Assembly (NCBI GenBank): GCA_025603075.1
Contig: MU626309.1
Span: 1-64,000, forward strand
From: Neoconidiobolus thromboides FSU 785
Lineage: Eukaryota > Fungi > Entomophthoromycota
Reading direction: 5' to 3'
DNA: 64,000 nucleotides
The translations under genes were made by a program, and so were the position numbers. This document shows, piece by piece, positions 24,653 to 39,040 of the stretch; within the stretch, counting starts at the first letter, position 1; the number at the start of each line of letters is the position of its first letter. The notes beneath the pieces were generated by a model that was not told the origin of the DNA, made no database searches, and saw nothing but the letters and a program-made list of their open reading frames with translations.

Positions 24653-27143
24653 TCATTTCCCTCCTCTTAAAATATTAGCTCGACTTTGTTTTCCTAATGA
24701 AATACCACCTCTTAGCTTCTTGGGATTATAAATGAGATATGGTGGATGAATTGAATCTCCTTGATTTAAATAATTAAATCCGTAAACCTTCATCCATAAG
24801 TTATTTTCAATATAATGCTCAATTGGCAATTTAATATTTCCAATAGCAATCGTTGTTATTTGTTTTACTTCTTCTATATTTAAGCTTGTTATTAATTGAA
24901 ATTCATTATTTACTTTGTTTATATTTTTTATCAATCCTACCCCTAAACAATTATAGTATTCAGGAGGTGGATAACTTAAAACATTATGTGGTATTAATTT
25001 AGGAATGTTATTATTATTACTATCATTAACCTTATACTCTTCATTAATTTTATATAAACCAACAATAGATAAATTTAACGCAAATAATAATTGAGATAAA
25101 GACAATTCGCCATTTAAACAATAATATTCATATTGATTAATATTACATAAATATGGTACTTTTTCCATCAATTTAATATTATTATTCAATAAATAGCAAG
25201 TTAAATTGAAGTTTCTATAATGCTCAGGTGTATATTTTGTATAATATTTAATAACCTCATTCTCTTCTTTTTTTAATTTATAGTACTTTTTGTATTGATT
25301 GTATTTAGTTATCAATTTTGTATTATTATTATTATTGTCCATTTCAATTATAAAATTAGGTTGAATTAAATTAATTACTGATAATAAGGACTCATATCCT
25401 AATCCTTTAATCCATCCATTTGTATTTATTATTAATGGTAATTGGTTATTATTGTTTTCTTTATATTGCTGATATTTTATAAATAATTGTTTGACTATTT
25501 CTAGATAATGTTCTGGGCTATTTTTGATATGTGTATCTCCCAAAAAATAACTATTTTCACTCTTTCTTAATTGAGTAAATGGAGCACCTGTTTATTGCTA
25601 GTTATTTTCTATTTTATTGTATATTACTAATATTACCTAATACTGGCTTCGATATTAAATGTAGCGATAATAAACCAGGTGGTGTAAAATCAGATTGTCC
25701 AGGATCCGTGTTAATTAATGCAATTTCATTTAATCTATTAATTACATGCTATTATTATATTATTCTTAATATAGTAAATAAACTTACTTATTTAAAAACT
25801 TGTTAGTCAAATATTTTGAAAATGTAGATTTACCGCTATCTTTATCACCACATATTAAAATAACTGGTATTTCATTATCTTGATTATTATTATCAAATTC
25901 TTCCGCTATTTCATTTGCAGCTGATTCCCATTCATTTAAAATAATCAAATCAATTAATCCAGATTGAGGTTTGATTATCTAATATCAGAAGATAAACATA
26001 CATGTATAAATCAATAAAAAAATGACACCTACCGGAATAAAAGTATTCCATAACACATTAATATTATATTTATCCTTCTCATTATTATTATCTATATCCT
26101 CACTATTCTCATTAACATAATTAAACTCTTCTTTTAGTTTAAATACAAATTTAAAATTATTATCTAGATCTACAAACTTCATACATTCGTTATCCAATTC
26201 ATTAACAAATATTATTGTATCAAATGTACTTGAATATTCCAAATCACACTTAGTTCTTATCATTTCACTTTCTTCATTTGTGTAGTAGTTTTCTTTTTTA
26301 ATTTCTTCTTGTTGAGTTGAATTATGATTAACAACATTACTTATTCTATTTTTAAAAAATACTAATTCTTCTTTTTCTTGTACTTTAACTACATCCTTAT
26401 CATCTTCTTTATCTCTAATCTCACTTTCAACAGCCGTAATCGAATATAATGCTTGACTTTTCGAATTATAACATTCAATAAAACTAATTAAATCATCTCT
26501 ATTTTTACTTTGTTTTTGAATATAGCCATTAATATTAATACTTCCTTTAATAACACTTAATTTGATACCACCAATAAATACAAGTTTCTAAATTAATATT
26601 TGAATTATTGAATAGGAAAAAAAAAGAGTTGATAAAGATTGATTTACCTCATCATTAAATAAACCTATTGCCAGAGAGTTATCGAATTTAAATACTCGAG
26701 TTTCATCCCATGGGAAAGTACATTGGCAACTTTCGGCTACTCTTTTTAAAAAAAAGACAATATAAATCTATTTTAGTAATTTCTAATTATAAAACTTACT
26801 TCTCTTCTTTCCTTTTTCTTTTATTACTTTTATCTTTAGTCGCTTCCATTTCCTTCTCCTCTATTTCCTCCATCGCCTCTTCACCTTCTATTTCTTTTAT
26901 CTCTTCTTCTTCAATTCTATCCATTTCTTCCATCTTTTCTATTTCTTCTTCTATATCCTCTCTATCACTTAAATCTTCTCTTTCATCAATATCTAGATCC
27001 TCTTCTATTTCTTCCTTTTTTGATCCTTTACTTGAAGATTTTGATGAGTTTTTATTCTTTTTTATGGTGATCGTGTCTTCATAATTTAAAGTTGTTTTGG
27101 ATTCTGAAGTATTTATTAAGTCAAAGGGGTTACTTGGGTTCAT
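24653..27143 (-). CDS. GRC3: Polynucleotide 5'-hydroxyl kinase GRC3/NOL9
   Basis: Acidic N-terminus, Walker A CGDKDSGKS, DPGQSDFTPPGLLSL, PLIINTNGWIKGLG, CLGVGLIKNI. Confidence 0.85.
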
Positions 27144-27339
27144 CTCTTTTTTTAATGGAAAAATGAGTGAAGTGAATTTTGAATAAATTTTAAAAGTTTT
27201 TTTTAAAATTCGAGCTTTCTCTTAAAAAGAATGGGAATTGAATTATTTGAAAGTTGAATTCTGAGATATATTTAGAAAGAATGTATAAATATAAGTTTAG
27301 CATTCAAAGATATAAGTAAACAAAAAAATAGTTTTATTT

Positions 27340-27717
27340 TCAATTTGAATTCTTAGGGTTGGTTGGTGGTTCTGGATTTTTATTTGAACCTTTTGAATAA
27401 AATATACCATTCTTTAGTCGCTCTTCAATACGTACTTTGGTCTAAATAAATAAAATAAATACAACATAAAATACAAAGATAATAATCAAATTGATAATTT
27501 ATGGTGTTTGGTCAATATATATCAATTAAATAATCATAAATCTTACCCAATATTTTTTACAATCTCTGTATTCTTGAAACAAATCATTACATTTACTTTT
27601 GTTTAAATAATTTTCTTGTAAACATTTCAAACTTCTTTTGGATTCAAACTCACACGGTTCATAATACTCAGAGGCACTCTTTAATTCCATTTTATCTTTC
27701 TTTTCTTGCGATGTCAT
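27340..27717 (-). CDS. COX23: Twin CX9C mitochondrial intermembrane-space protein COX23 (2 exons)
   Basis: YYEPCEFESKRSLKCLQENYLNKSKCNDLFQEYRDCKKYW; second exon TKVRIEERLK... Confidence 0.85.
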
Positions 27718-28474
27718 TGTATTATTTTTGAATTTTATGAAAAAAGCTGTAAGTTGGAGTTAGATTTTTTTTGAATTATTTTGATAATTTTCTCAATCAA
27801 AAAGACCTCTGAAAAAAATCACTTTATCAACCTTAAAAATCAAAAAATCAAAAAATCAAAAAAACCAAGCTCAAAAACTATTATTTGTTAATACTATTTA
27901 TTAATACCCTTTACCCCAGTCTTAAAAAAACTAATATTACAATTATTAAATTTATAACAAACACTTTAAATTTGTTTTAGAGTTTGTCAATAGAAGTTAT
28001 ACCTTATGTAAATAATTAATACTTTCTAAAAATTGTAACTCAGTACTTCACTAAATAAAGCTATACAAGAGCTATATGGTTATTTTATTGCAAAAATAAT
28101 GTATCATTTGGGATAGGGCATCTATTGATGGATTATATCCAAAAAGTAAGCAATTTGGTTAGTAACCCTGAGGCCTTGACATGGAAAGCTTTATAAAAAC
28201 TGAACATTCTTAGCTATCTACATTCTTTTCAACTTCAAATCGTCCCATTATAGGACACTTTTCAAAAATTATATTTAATTCACTCCCCCCTACCTCTTTT
28301 CCTACTCTTTTCTCTTTCAATTTTTAAATTTTTAAAAGTGGAAATCAACTGGGTTCTATTTGGACTTTAGAATTTAAAGAACTAACAAAAATAAAAACAC
28401 AATACTTTATAGATACATAAATTTATTTATTAATGAGCATTTATAAATAGCTAAACTTCATCTTGTTGTCAGTT

Positions 28475-30179
28475 TTACTCTACAATTTTAGATAAAGTAG
28501 CTACTCTTTCCCATTTTCTACAACGCATTTGGTATTTTTTCAATCCAAATGTATAATTGACATACTCCTTATCTGAATGAAATCCATACTTCATATCCCC
28601 ATATTTCCAACCTTCTGAATCTCTTAACTCTTTTGATTCATTATCTAAAATTAGTGTTATTAGTATCTGGTGACCACAATGATATATATTGTATAATTTA
28701 TCTTCTGTTTTCATTGTATATAATTACTTACCAACAAAACTCCATTCAGTATTCCATTTCCAAATATATTCATTTGTAATTTTTTGATTCTCTTTAATCT
28801 CATATGTAATTGTTGGCAAAGGTAATTCAATTAAATTTTTGGGCTGACTTGGTTCATTTCGATTATTTACCCTAACAGAATATTATAAATATAAATATTA
28901 TATTATATCTTACTATTATATTATAAATTTACCAATTAGGAGGATCATTAGGTAACATTTGAGGTAAATAACCAAATTTACCATGATATCTTTGATACTC
29001 AAACAATATAAATTTAATCTTTAATAAAGAAATATTTTTATCTTCCATAGAGTCATCGTCATTGATATCTTGATTATAATCTGGCATCATAAATTCACTT
29101 GGTTTAGGTGTAAGAGATTCACTTGATGTACTACTGCATGTGGATGAATATACTCTTTCTAATTCTTTCCTTTCTACAGTTTGATTGATTTCTCCTTCTT
29201 TATTATTATCGATGTTGTATTCGTAATCGTAAGATTGACTTTGTTTAGATAACGGTAAGGAGTATAGGGATTGTAATGAACTTTCATTATCTTTGTGTGT
29301 AACAGTTGTACTAGTATTGAGTGGCAATGGGTTTGAGTTTGATTTATTCATATCTAAAAATTTATGACTCAACTTATGTTTTGGTGTTACTGGAATTGAC
29401 ATTGATGTATTATAATTTAATTGCTTATTGTTATATCTATCTCCATGACTATAACTAATGTTATTAGTATTGAATAATACCAATTCTTCATCTTTAATAT
29501 TTAAATAAAACAATTTCAATTTATCAACCTTATCATAAAGTGTATTGATAATCGTATTAACAAAGGTATGGTTTAAAATAGTAATTAAAATAAGTTTTCT
29601 TATTTTTTTATAATCTTCGATAGTTTCAAATAAGATTAAATTACCAGCAATCAATAATAAGTAATTCAATGGGATTATATCAACTGTAAATTTCCATATT
29701 GGAAAGCCCATTATAGCCGCCATACTTATCTCTTTATTTCTTTGAATCATGATTAACTTATATTCTTGTACATTATGAATCATTTTTTTTCCTTCTTGAA
29801 ATAAAATTTGTATTCCCTCAATCTTCTTTTCAATTCCTGCTTCTTCTTTTGAATTTTCTATTGACATTAACATTAGTATCTTATTATATTGTTACACTAT
29901 ATTGTTCTTACCTAGATGAATACTTAATTTTGAATCAATTGACAATGCCCAAGTAAACACAATAAATAAAATAGGACTATAAACTAATAACTGATGATAA
30001 TAAATACAAATAAGACCCCAAAGTAAAGAGAGTAATAATTTGTATTTTGTTTGATAAATAACATTTTTAACTTTTGGTATAACACTTAAACTTTGATTAG
30101 CAATCGAAATCGAATTAAATGTTAATTTATAAAGATTATAAATATCTTTCAAATTGTCTTTATAAGATAGTTGCTCCAT
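28475..30179 (-). CDS. Membrane protein with C-terminal dysferlin-like motif (Pex23/Pex24-family peroxin-like)
   Basis: N-terminal hydrophobic segments, Ser-rich insert, YLPQMLPNDPPNW, WKWNTEW, GWKYGD...RCRKWERVA. Confidence 0.55.
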
Positions 30180-30887
30180 CTTATCGAATTTATAAAAGTT
30201 ATTAAATTATTAAAATTGAAAAAAGGTTTGATTGTATTTTTTCATAAATCTAAAGAAAATTATCAATCATAAATAACTAACCATTAGTTAATTCGTTTAT
30301 CATTTGAAAATAAGTGTGTCAACTAACTCTCACTTTAACTTCTTTTATATTCCTTAATTTAGTAAAAAAAATTCTCATTATAAGCTTATTAAGTTTAATT
30401 AATCTTTCAATATCTTTAATTAGTCACATAAAACTTATGCTTGATATTTCTATAAAAACTGTATGCTTTTATCTATTAAACATATATTTGATCTTTTGTT
30501 ACTATTGTTTCATACCACTATTATTACTCATTACTACTATTTCAATCTCTCATTGCTATTATCTACTATTATTCTTTCGGAAAATTTAACCGTGAAGTTA
30601 ATTATTAAAATTTTTAAGATATTTTAATTTCCGATATTAAATCAAAATTAGATTTGTTCTTACATAAAACAAGAGATGATTAATAAGCATTTTATTTTGT
30701 ATAATTAAAAAATATTAAATATATTTGCCACTATATTAAGCTATACCATTAATGCTAAATATCTTTCTAAAATATTAAAAATGCATTATTGATGGAATTA
30801 TTTAACTACCGGGTATCTGATTTTTTGTTTTTTTATCATTTTTATCAATCGGAAATTTTGGAAGACTTTAGGCTCAATTCAAATAAT

Positions 30888-32081
30888 ATGGATTTTAATT
30901 TAAAATGCAACAATATTAAATGCAGAAAAGTGCTTAGTCAATTTAGTAAAGCATGTATAACTATATGTTCACGTAATTTTATTTTTAAAATATAGTATAC
31001 ATGCTATAGTGTTAACATTATAGATATATTTTGTACTTCTTGTGCTAATAAATTTTTTTCAATTTCATTAATATGTCCAGCATGTGAATCAAATTTATCT
31101 GAAAAGTATATTTAAGTCTATTTTGTTTCTATATTAAATTATTTAGGAATGATATTATAATCACGAATTTAAAACCAAATGAAACTTTCAAAAATGTGAT
31201 TATTTGATTTTTGTTTTATTCTTTAATATTGAGATCTAGTCTGCATTATCTGGTTTGCATCCAGATGTTGTTATTGAAATTTGCTCAAAAGCTTTTTCTT
31301 TTTGGAATTATCAAGTTACCCAAGAAATATATTGTCAAGAGCTGATAGCAAAGGCATTGGGAGAAAAAAAAGCATTAGCTGAAAAACAACTAAAGGATGT
31401 GATAAGCTCAGCAAATAATGAAATCAATAGTAAACCCTAGTTATATTAATTACATCAACTATTTATTATTATTCTAGTACTTCAAAAGAAGATTCATAGT
31501 TTGACTATAAAAGATAGGTATCAAGTAAATAAAATTTATAAAATTTATTAGGTTTAAAGCAAGAGAAAGAATTGGAAAAAAAGAAAATGAATGAGCTTTC
31601 AAATCAATATTCAGAAAAAAGTCGACAATTAAATAAATTACAAGTAAGTAGATTTAATCACAATTATAATATAATAAATCTACTCTTAGGTATTATATGA
31701 TAAACTGAAACGAAGGCAAATGGCAATGAGTACTCAAAACTCGATTAATACCAATTTTTATAATGAGGGCAATATCCTGCAAAATACCAACTTTACACCA
31801 AGAACCATGAAAAATCATATGCCATTTAAAGTAAATTACTGTTTATTATAATAGAAACACTTATCGTCTATGGTAGGTAGACACAAGAGATGAATCTACA
31901 CCCCATTATAAATCTAAAAATAATATAAACTATAATTTTAAAAATAGTAATATTGAATATAATTAGTATATTATTTTATTAATTGATTGTAAAACTAGGT
32001 GATAGATTAACAATTAGCCCGCGTAATACCATTAATAGTGGAAAAAGCGACTCAAGCTTTATTCATTTATTTCCAAAATAA
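30888..32081 (+). CDS. HEI10: Meiotic RING E3 ligase HEI10/CCNB1IP1 (multi-exon)
   Basis: LKCNNIKCRK..ACITICSHIFCTSCA..ICPACESNL..DIIITNLKP..LSGLHPDVVIEICSKAFSFWNYQVTQE, then coiled coil. Confidence 0.85.
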
Positions 32082-32169
32082 AATGCTATTCGCCTTTATG
32101 AAGAAATATTATATTAATATAAATTAAGTTTATTATTTAAAATAAATAGTAATGAAGGTAAATATTAAA

Positions 32170-33702
32170 TTATAAGTTTTGGATTTGAGTTATTACATAA
32201 TCTTTTTCTTCTTTGAATCGAGTATCATCTAAACAAAATTATTATCAATAAAGACTGAATAAAATCATAAACTAATTTACTATTTTTATCATTATGAAAT
32301 TTTTCTAAATATTCTATCAATTTATCCTTATTTTTAACCAAAATATCCTGAATTTGAGGCGCCTTTTTAGGGTTAGCAACAAAGATCTAATAGTATAATG
32401 AATTAAACTATATATCAAATATAATAATACTTTATGTACTTACTTTAAATATATGAAAGCTTTCTAATTGAATATTTTTACTTTTATCTTTTAACAAATT
32501 CATACAAATTTTGAGATTATTTTTTTTAGATATAAAAATAGTCATGATCCTAAAGTTGGTACGATCTAATAGCAAATCGGCTAACAGCTATATTAAAAAT
32601 GAGAGAGTTAGCGATTATTACTATATACTATGAATAATTTTAAACAAAACATACTTTAATAGCCAACCGACGTACTGCATAATTACTATTTAAAACCAAT
32701 ACTTCATATTTGGCAAAGAACTAAAAAGGAACAAAACATTAACATTCATTATATTCAATAATCAACTCAAACATACCTCATCATAATCCACTAACAATTG
32801 TTTTGCTACCATTTTACGATGTCTAGTTAAGGCTTCCTAAAACTCCTATTAACTTTCAATATTAACACAAAAAAGGCTCCACTTACTCTAAACGATAAGA
32901 AAGCATCAGAAGAGATATCAAAATTGGAATAATTAATATAATTAAAGAAAGCCTTGAAGTTAGTTGATTGAATTAATAATTTGGCCAAAGGTTCATATTT
33001 TAAACATTCTCTTAAAATCTGACCACAAGTTAATGCAGTGTTGGGGTTTTCATAGCTAATTAAAAGTGGATGGGTTAGTTGGGGATAAGATGGGGTTGTG
33101 TAAGGGGATAATTACCTATGAAATAAAGCAAATAAAATTTCTGGTTTATTTAATATATAGTTGATCATTGGCATTTGTGAGTTTTCTTGGAAACGCAGTA
33201 AATTACTAAAGATTCTTATACAGTTTTTTTTACTCTAAAAGAAAGGAAAACTATTAATATACAATATATAATATTATTTGAATATAAAAAAATATACTTC
33301 TTGATCTAATTTGTCTAACTGTAATATAATTAATGGTAAAATTTCACATCGCCTGATCTCTAATATTAATTCTTTGATTTGATGTGTTGACATTTCATTG
33401 CCTTTTGGATTAATATATTAGTAATCAATCATATGACCAACATTTTTTAATAACCTTACCATTAACAATTAATACATCCTTTATCTGTTCTAAATATTTA
33501 GTGATATCATTAAGATGCTATTTAATTAAATAAATGATAATTAATTCTACTTCTTTATATGTTATTGTATATACTAACTTACCTTTATTTGTATTTCGTC
33601 TTGATTTGATAGCTTTTTTAAGCTAGTATATAACACTTTAACTATTTCTATAGGTGATCTTGATCTACTACGGAACATTGATTGGCCTGGGAAATTGAAC
33701 AT
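32170..33702 (-). CDS. HYM1: MO25/CAB39/Hym1 scaffold protein (many short exons; absent from ORF track)
   Basis: [97 protein letters not shown]. Confidence 0.85.
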
Positions 33703-34761
33703 TACTATGATTGTAGAGATTGTTTATATGATGATAGCGTATATTGTATGGTTTATTTATCAGCAATAATAATTTGAAAAGAATGAACTATTTAAAAAAT
33801 ACAAGAAAATAATAATAAAATCTAAAGCCACTAAATTTTATTTATCAATAATATATTATATACTCTATTTTTTTTCTTTAACAGTAGAGTTAAGTTTGAG
33901 ATATTTTTTTGAATTTTTAAAATTGCTTGAATTAATTTTGTTTTTGAATTAGGAAATTAAAATAAATTTAATGCTTCAATTTGATTGGTTCAATTTTTAA
34001 TTTAATGAGATATAATTTTTTAACTTTTTTAATTTGATTTTTTAATATGAGAAATGGATTGTCTTATTAGTTAGTATAGCATTACTAATTAAAAAAATAC
34101 CTAAGTACTGCTCTCGTGTATTTATAGTTTAAAGTGATAGACGTTTAGATTATTGATATTTTTTTATTGTTTTTAAATTGGTATTTCACTTGAAATAGCA
34201 GTGGCGGGGTTTAACTATAGTAGGGTGTTTCTACAAACTTGATAATATAAATTATTACATAGTTTTTATAATTGTATAAGATTTTTATTAGCCTCGAAAC
34301 AGTGAGTAAGCTTAAATGGTAAATAGAATTATATTGTATTAAACAAGAGGCCAATAAATTTCTATTTATTTATAATAAAATTTAAGTTAGGCCAAGCGTT
34401 TAGTTTTTTTGTTTTATATATTAAAATAATACTTAAGTAGAACCTTTAGAAGTAGCACTGATATTTTAGTAATCTACAGTAAAAAAATTCTTTCGGCTTA
34501 TAAAATTTTGTGTTAATTAATAGAAATAAGTCAATGAACTCTTATACTGGTATGTTATAAGATGAAATAAGTGCCACTTATTAGTGCTCTTTTAAAAAAA
34601 TTATGTTATTTCAATAGTAAATTTTTAAATATTTAAATGATAAACATCAGCTTAAAAAAGATCATTAAATTTAAATGTTAATTTTATTAAATGCTATAAT
34701 TAAAAGAATCTTCATTAGCATACTATTTCTAACAAATTCTAAATCCACTCAATGGTCTATT

Positions 34762-35379
34762 TTAAGCTAATAAATTCAATGTAAAAAAAGAACCAACAGT
34801 GACCAAAGCCATACTTAACATAGCATTACTACTAGTTAACACATTAGCATCTGAGCTTTTAGCGCTTGAACTTAAGGACTTGGAAACAGATTTCGAGGCA
34901 TTTGATGCTGCAGCAGAAGCAGCAGATGAAACAACAGATGAAACAGATTTGGCAGGTGAGCCAGAAGATACAACAGCCACAGTAGAAGTGGAGGTACTCT
35001 TAGCTGACCCAGAGGTAGAATCACTATTAGCAAATAAAGCTACATTACTAGGAGAGCTTGAAGCTGATGGAGATGCTTTCCAATTGGCTGTAGCTGCTCC
35101 AAGATTGGCTGCTGCACAATGTGTAACAATCATTTGCATCACACGATCTTTTTTATCTTGATAGATTGATTCGTTGATACAGAAATCATAACATGCAGCT
35201 AGTGATGGTAAATCAGTGCAGTAGCATGCATCTTTGGTGTTGCTATTAGCACATCTCTTTTCGATAGCTGCTTGATATTGTGCTTCACAAGTTTCAATAT
35301 TTACTTTGGAAATACATTCAGCAGAAATCGAAGTGGTTAATAAAGCAATAGTTAATGAGACAGTGTTGATAAGTTGCAT
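34762..35379 (-). CDS. Secreted/GPI-anchored 8-Cys, Ser/Ala-rich cell-surface protein (CFEM-like architecture)
   Basis: Signal peptide, 8 Cys including CYC, S/A/T-rich stalk, SSDA-type omega region and hydrophobic C-terminus. Confidence 0.75.
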   Translation of the reverse strand: MQLINTVSLTIALLTTSISAECISKVNIETCEAQYQAAIEKRCANSNTKDACYCTDLPSLAACYDFCINESIYQDKKDRVMQMIVTHCAAANLGAATANWKASPSASSSPSNVALFANSDSTSGSAKSTSTSTVAVVSSGSPAKSVSSVVSSAASAAASNASKSVSKSLSSSAKSSDANVLTSSNAMLSMALVTVGSFFTLNLLA

Positions 35380-37699
35380 GTTTATGTATTTAATGTTATT
35401 ATAATAATTAGTATTAATTTAATAAAAAATAGGAAGTAAAGTGGAGTGTTTTTATATCAGTATAGGATCGATTGTTTATAAAAATAACTTTAACGCTGTA
35501 GTTTATCATTAAAATTGGTTTATAACTTAAAAAAATTATATCAACAATAATGAATTATCAGTAGCTAACAAGAAATTTTATTCATTAAAGTAAATTTTGA
35601 TGCGTTAATAATAAACTTTGCTTTGATTTATTGTTATTATCAAGACTACTTTACCCATTTAATTTAATTCTGGGTTTATCATATGCTTCAATTACTTTTT
35701 TTATTAGTTTCAACAACAGTTATAATTTATTATTTCTTTTTTCCATTGTTGATATTTTTAAACTTAACGTTATATTTGATCTGTATTTTTACGTTTACCG
35801 TTATTGCTTGTTTTAGATTTACTCAAACGCTTTTAAAAGTAAATCTAACTATTAACCCAAAAATATCAAATTGCAACATTTATTAGTAAAACAAAATAAG
35901 ACATTTAATAATAAACTAGATTGAAATATCTATAATTGCCAACCACTAGAATGATGCCAGCTCATCATGATTTGTTAAATAGCCAATGAAAAACATTGTA
36001 TTTCTATTAATAAAAGATTCTAAATAATATTAAATTAAAAGCTATAGAGAAATAGAGAATATGAATTAAATATGAAAATACTACTAGAACAATGGTTTTT
36101 GAGCATTGACTAATGTTGAAGATGCTTTTTGTCTAACTTTATCAATAAAATATTAGGTTCTTTTTTTATAAGATATAAACAACAAAACCAGACTAAAAAC
36201 TTATTTATTGATAACTCTACATTAATTTTTGATACTTGATTCGTCAATTATTACAAATCAAATAAAAAGTACTATTTTCTGATACTAACTTTTTATTTTG
36301 ACGACTAACATATATAATTGCTCAGATTCGAAGACTTTTTTAATATTTTTTGTAGTAAAAGCTTAGACTATGCGTAATTATCTAAAACTCTATTTTCTGT
36401 ATGTATACAATATATGCTCTTGACAAGTTAAACAGCATTACTATTTTATTCGTATTTTAAACAAAAATTAAAGCCATTCTAAGCATCAAAAAATAAATTT
36501 CGATACAATGTCAAATAACCTTGAATAAAAAATAAGTTGTCCATTTTCATTAATAAGATTAGAAAAGCAAACTTTGACTAAAAAATACTGTTTTGATTTG
36601 TTTATAGGAAATGTTTATTAAAAACATGAAATGAAAAGGTAGAGTCCATAACTATATTTTTTTGCTGATGTATCAATGCCGAAGCACTGATGAATTTTAA
36701 GCAAAAAGCAAACAAAAGCTTAACAAAATACTAGAAACCTGTAACGTTTTGTTAAGTTTTTTGATTGGAGTTGTTCAATGTTTTGATATTAATACATTAA
36801 AAAGTATAAAAGCTAACAGCACAATTTTATGAGGTTTTAAAAAAAAGGAATCTCTAGAATATTATTGTTGTTTTAGTAATAACATAAAAACTTAGTTTAA
36901 ATTAAATATTACAATTTAATTTCCAGTGATTTGATTCAAAGTTGATATTTAAAACTTGCCTTAGTATTGAGATTAGGATTAGGGTTAATATGAGAGTTTA
37001 TCAAATTGAACTGCAGTAAATTTATTCTAGAATTTGATTGGCTTATATTTTTAGCTTTATAGATTTTAAATCAAAGAAAATTTAGTGAAAAAATGGTGTT
37101 CTACATACTATTACCAAATAATGATAATATTTTTTAAGAGCTTTTTTAAATAACTGATTTTAATAAACATATGATTTTAAAGTTAAGCTTTTCTAACTTA
37201 TAGAATTAAAAATTATAGGTTTAAACCCAATAAAATAAATTTAAAGATTTATAATAATTTATGCTATTAAAGTGACTTTGATATATGATTCTTTTTTAAA
37301 ATTTTATATAAATACTTGAAATATTTTATTTTCACTTAGAATCAAACTTTTAAATTTGGCTCTTCAAATCTAAGCTCAAAAAACCGACTACTCACCTAGT
37401 TTAAATTTCAAGCTTAAAATGATAATTGTCTTCAAAAACTATCATTATTTTTGCAAAATCCTATCATAGTTTTGAAGAGTGTTATATAATGAAATTAGTT
37501 TTCAAACTAAACTTCTAATCAATATCAACTTTGCAAAAATAAAGTAGAACATCATTGGAAACATTTGATTTCAGCCAATTAAATTTTTTGGTTTTTTATT
37601 AAAGTGACTCCAAAATTTAACTAGCAAAATCAATGTTTCATCATAGCAAGCTCTACTTTATTATGTCAGGATCACTTTAATAGCACGAATCGCTATACC

Positions 37700-39040
37700 A
37701 ATTCAAAAAATCAATAATAAATAATTAGTATAACTAGAGGTAGGTTTTCAGGTTATTTTTTTATCAAAAAACGACCAGGATTTTTCAAAATTCTGAAAGA
37801 TAAATTCATTCCTAAATGAAGAAAGCTAAGGGAATTCATTTGATACTGAGGATGAGATAACATACAGGGAAACGTAAATTGGTAAAGCTATATCTTTTGA
37901 TAAATATACTGCCCAGCTATATTAAAAGCCCATTGAAAAATAGCGATATTTAGCTGATTTACATCCTGATTTGCAAACCTCATAAGAACCAGCTAAAATC
38001 TATATAAAAATATACATGGAAAACATATAGATGATTTGTACTACTTAGTAAATGAAAAACAGTTGAGTATACGTCCAGGATCTTATAAGCTTAATGTCCG
38101 TTCTAATATAGCAATTCGTTGGTATAAAGCAAAGACCAAGAGGATGTGTAGCAACGAATTTGTTGAAAATTGGATTGACAGAAAGGAAAGATCAGGTATT
38201 AAAAGTGCGGAATTAGACCAGAGCCAAGAGAATTACATTGTATTACTTATGGATGAAAGCCCAGATATAGAATTAGATAAACTGATGGGAAATACTACCA
38301 ACAATACAAAGGCATACAGATCACTAAAAAAAAGAGTAAATCAGTTTATTACTAACAGATGTATCTCGACCATAACAAGAATAAACTCATAGTCAATTAA
38401 GAAGGGCAATGTAATTAAAATTAAGGAAAGATCCAATTGGGCTCAGTGTTGGCAGTAAACGGATATGAAATTTAACACCAACTTTATATTTATAGATGAA
38501 GCTAAGTTTCGTATTACTGTAAGTGATAGAGATACTTAATTTTAAAAAAAATGAGTGATAGTAAAATTTTGCAAAAGAATGAGAGAACAGTCAACATCAT
38601 TGGAGCTATTATCCCAATTGAAGTTATCAACGTTCAAGTAAATATACAAAGAGCTTTACAAAAAAAACTGAAATATTAGATAACATCCACCAAATTGAAA
38701 TAGATACCAATTGTTATTTGAGTTTATTAATAACGCTAGATATTTTGAATGCGAGGGAAAATTTTTGAGGCCATTAATAATGTCCCTGTCCATAAGTTAT
38801 TAGAAATAAAGGCTTATATAGCTGTAAGAGAATACAATCATATTTGTTTACCTTTAGGTTTGGGAAAGTTATACCCTATCGGACCTTTTTGGTCATATTT
38901 TAAAACCAAGGTAAAGCGAGAAATACTTTTAAAAGAGAAAACAATAACTAGTAGAATTAAACAGGATTGTGAGAATACCCTCATCAGTGGGTTGAGTCAG
39001 TATATCAAAGCTTCGTGCGAGACTTGAAGATTGTTTATAA
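37700..39040 (+). pseudogene. Degenerate Tc1/IS630-like transposase copy (frameshifts and stops)
   Basis: Fragments YLVNEKQLSIR, FIFIDEAKF, NIIGAII, INNVPVHK, PFWSYFKTKVK align to ORF 40165; the upstream motif AATAATTAGTATAA is also shared. Confidence 0.85.

Noticed and set aside
26710-27084. 124-aa Ser/Ile-rich plus-strand ORF
   Set aside because: Antisense shadow of the Glu-rich GRC3 N-terminus
34799-35161. 120-aa plus-strand ORF
   Set aside because: Antisense shadow of the Ser/Ala-rich GPI protein
36900-37590. Short reverse-complement matches (AAAGTTGATATT; AATTTGATTGGCT) suggesting a large inverted repeat
   Set aside because: The matches occur in the same order on both sides, which is inconsistent with an inverted repeat
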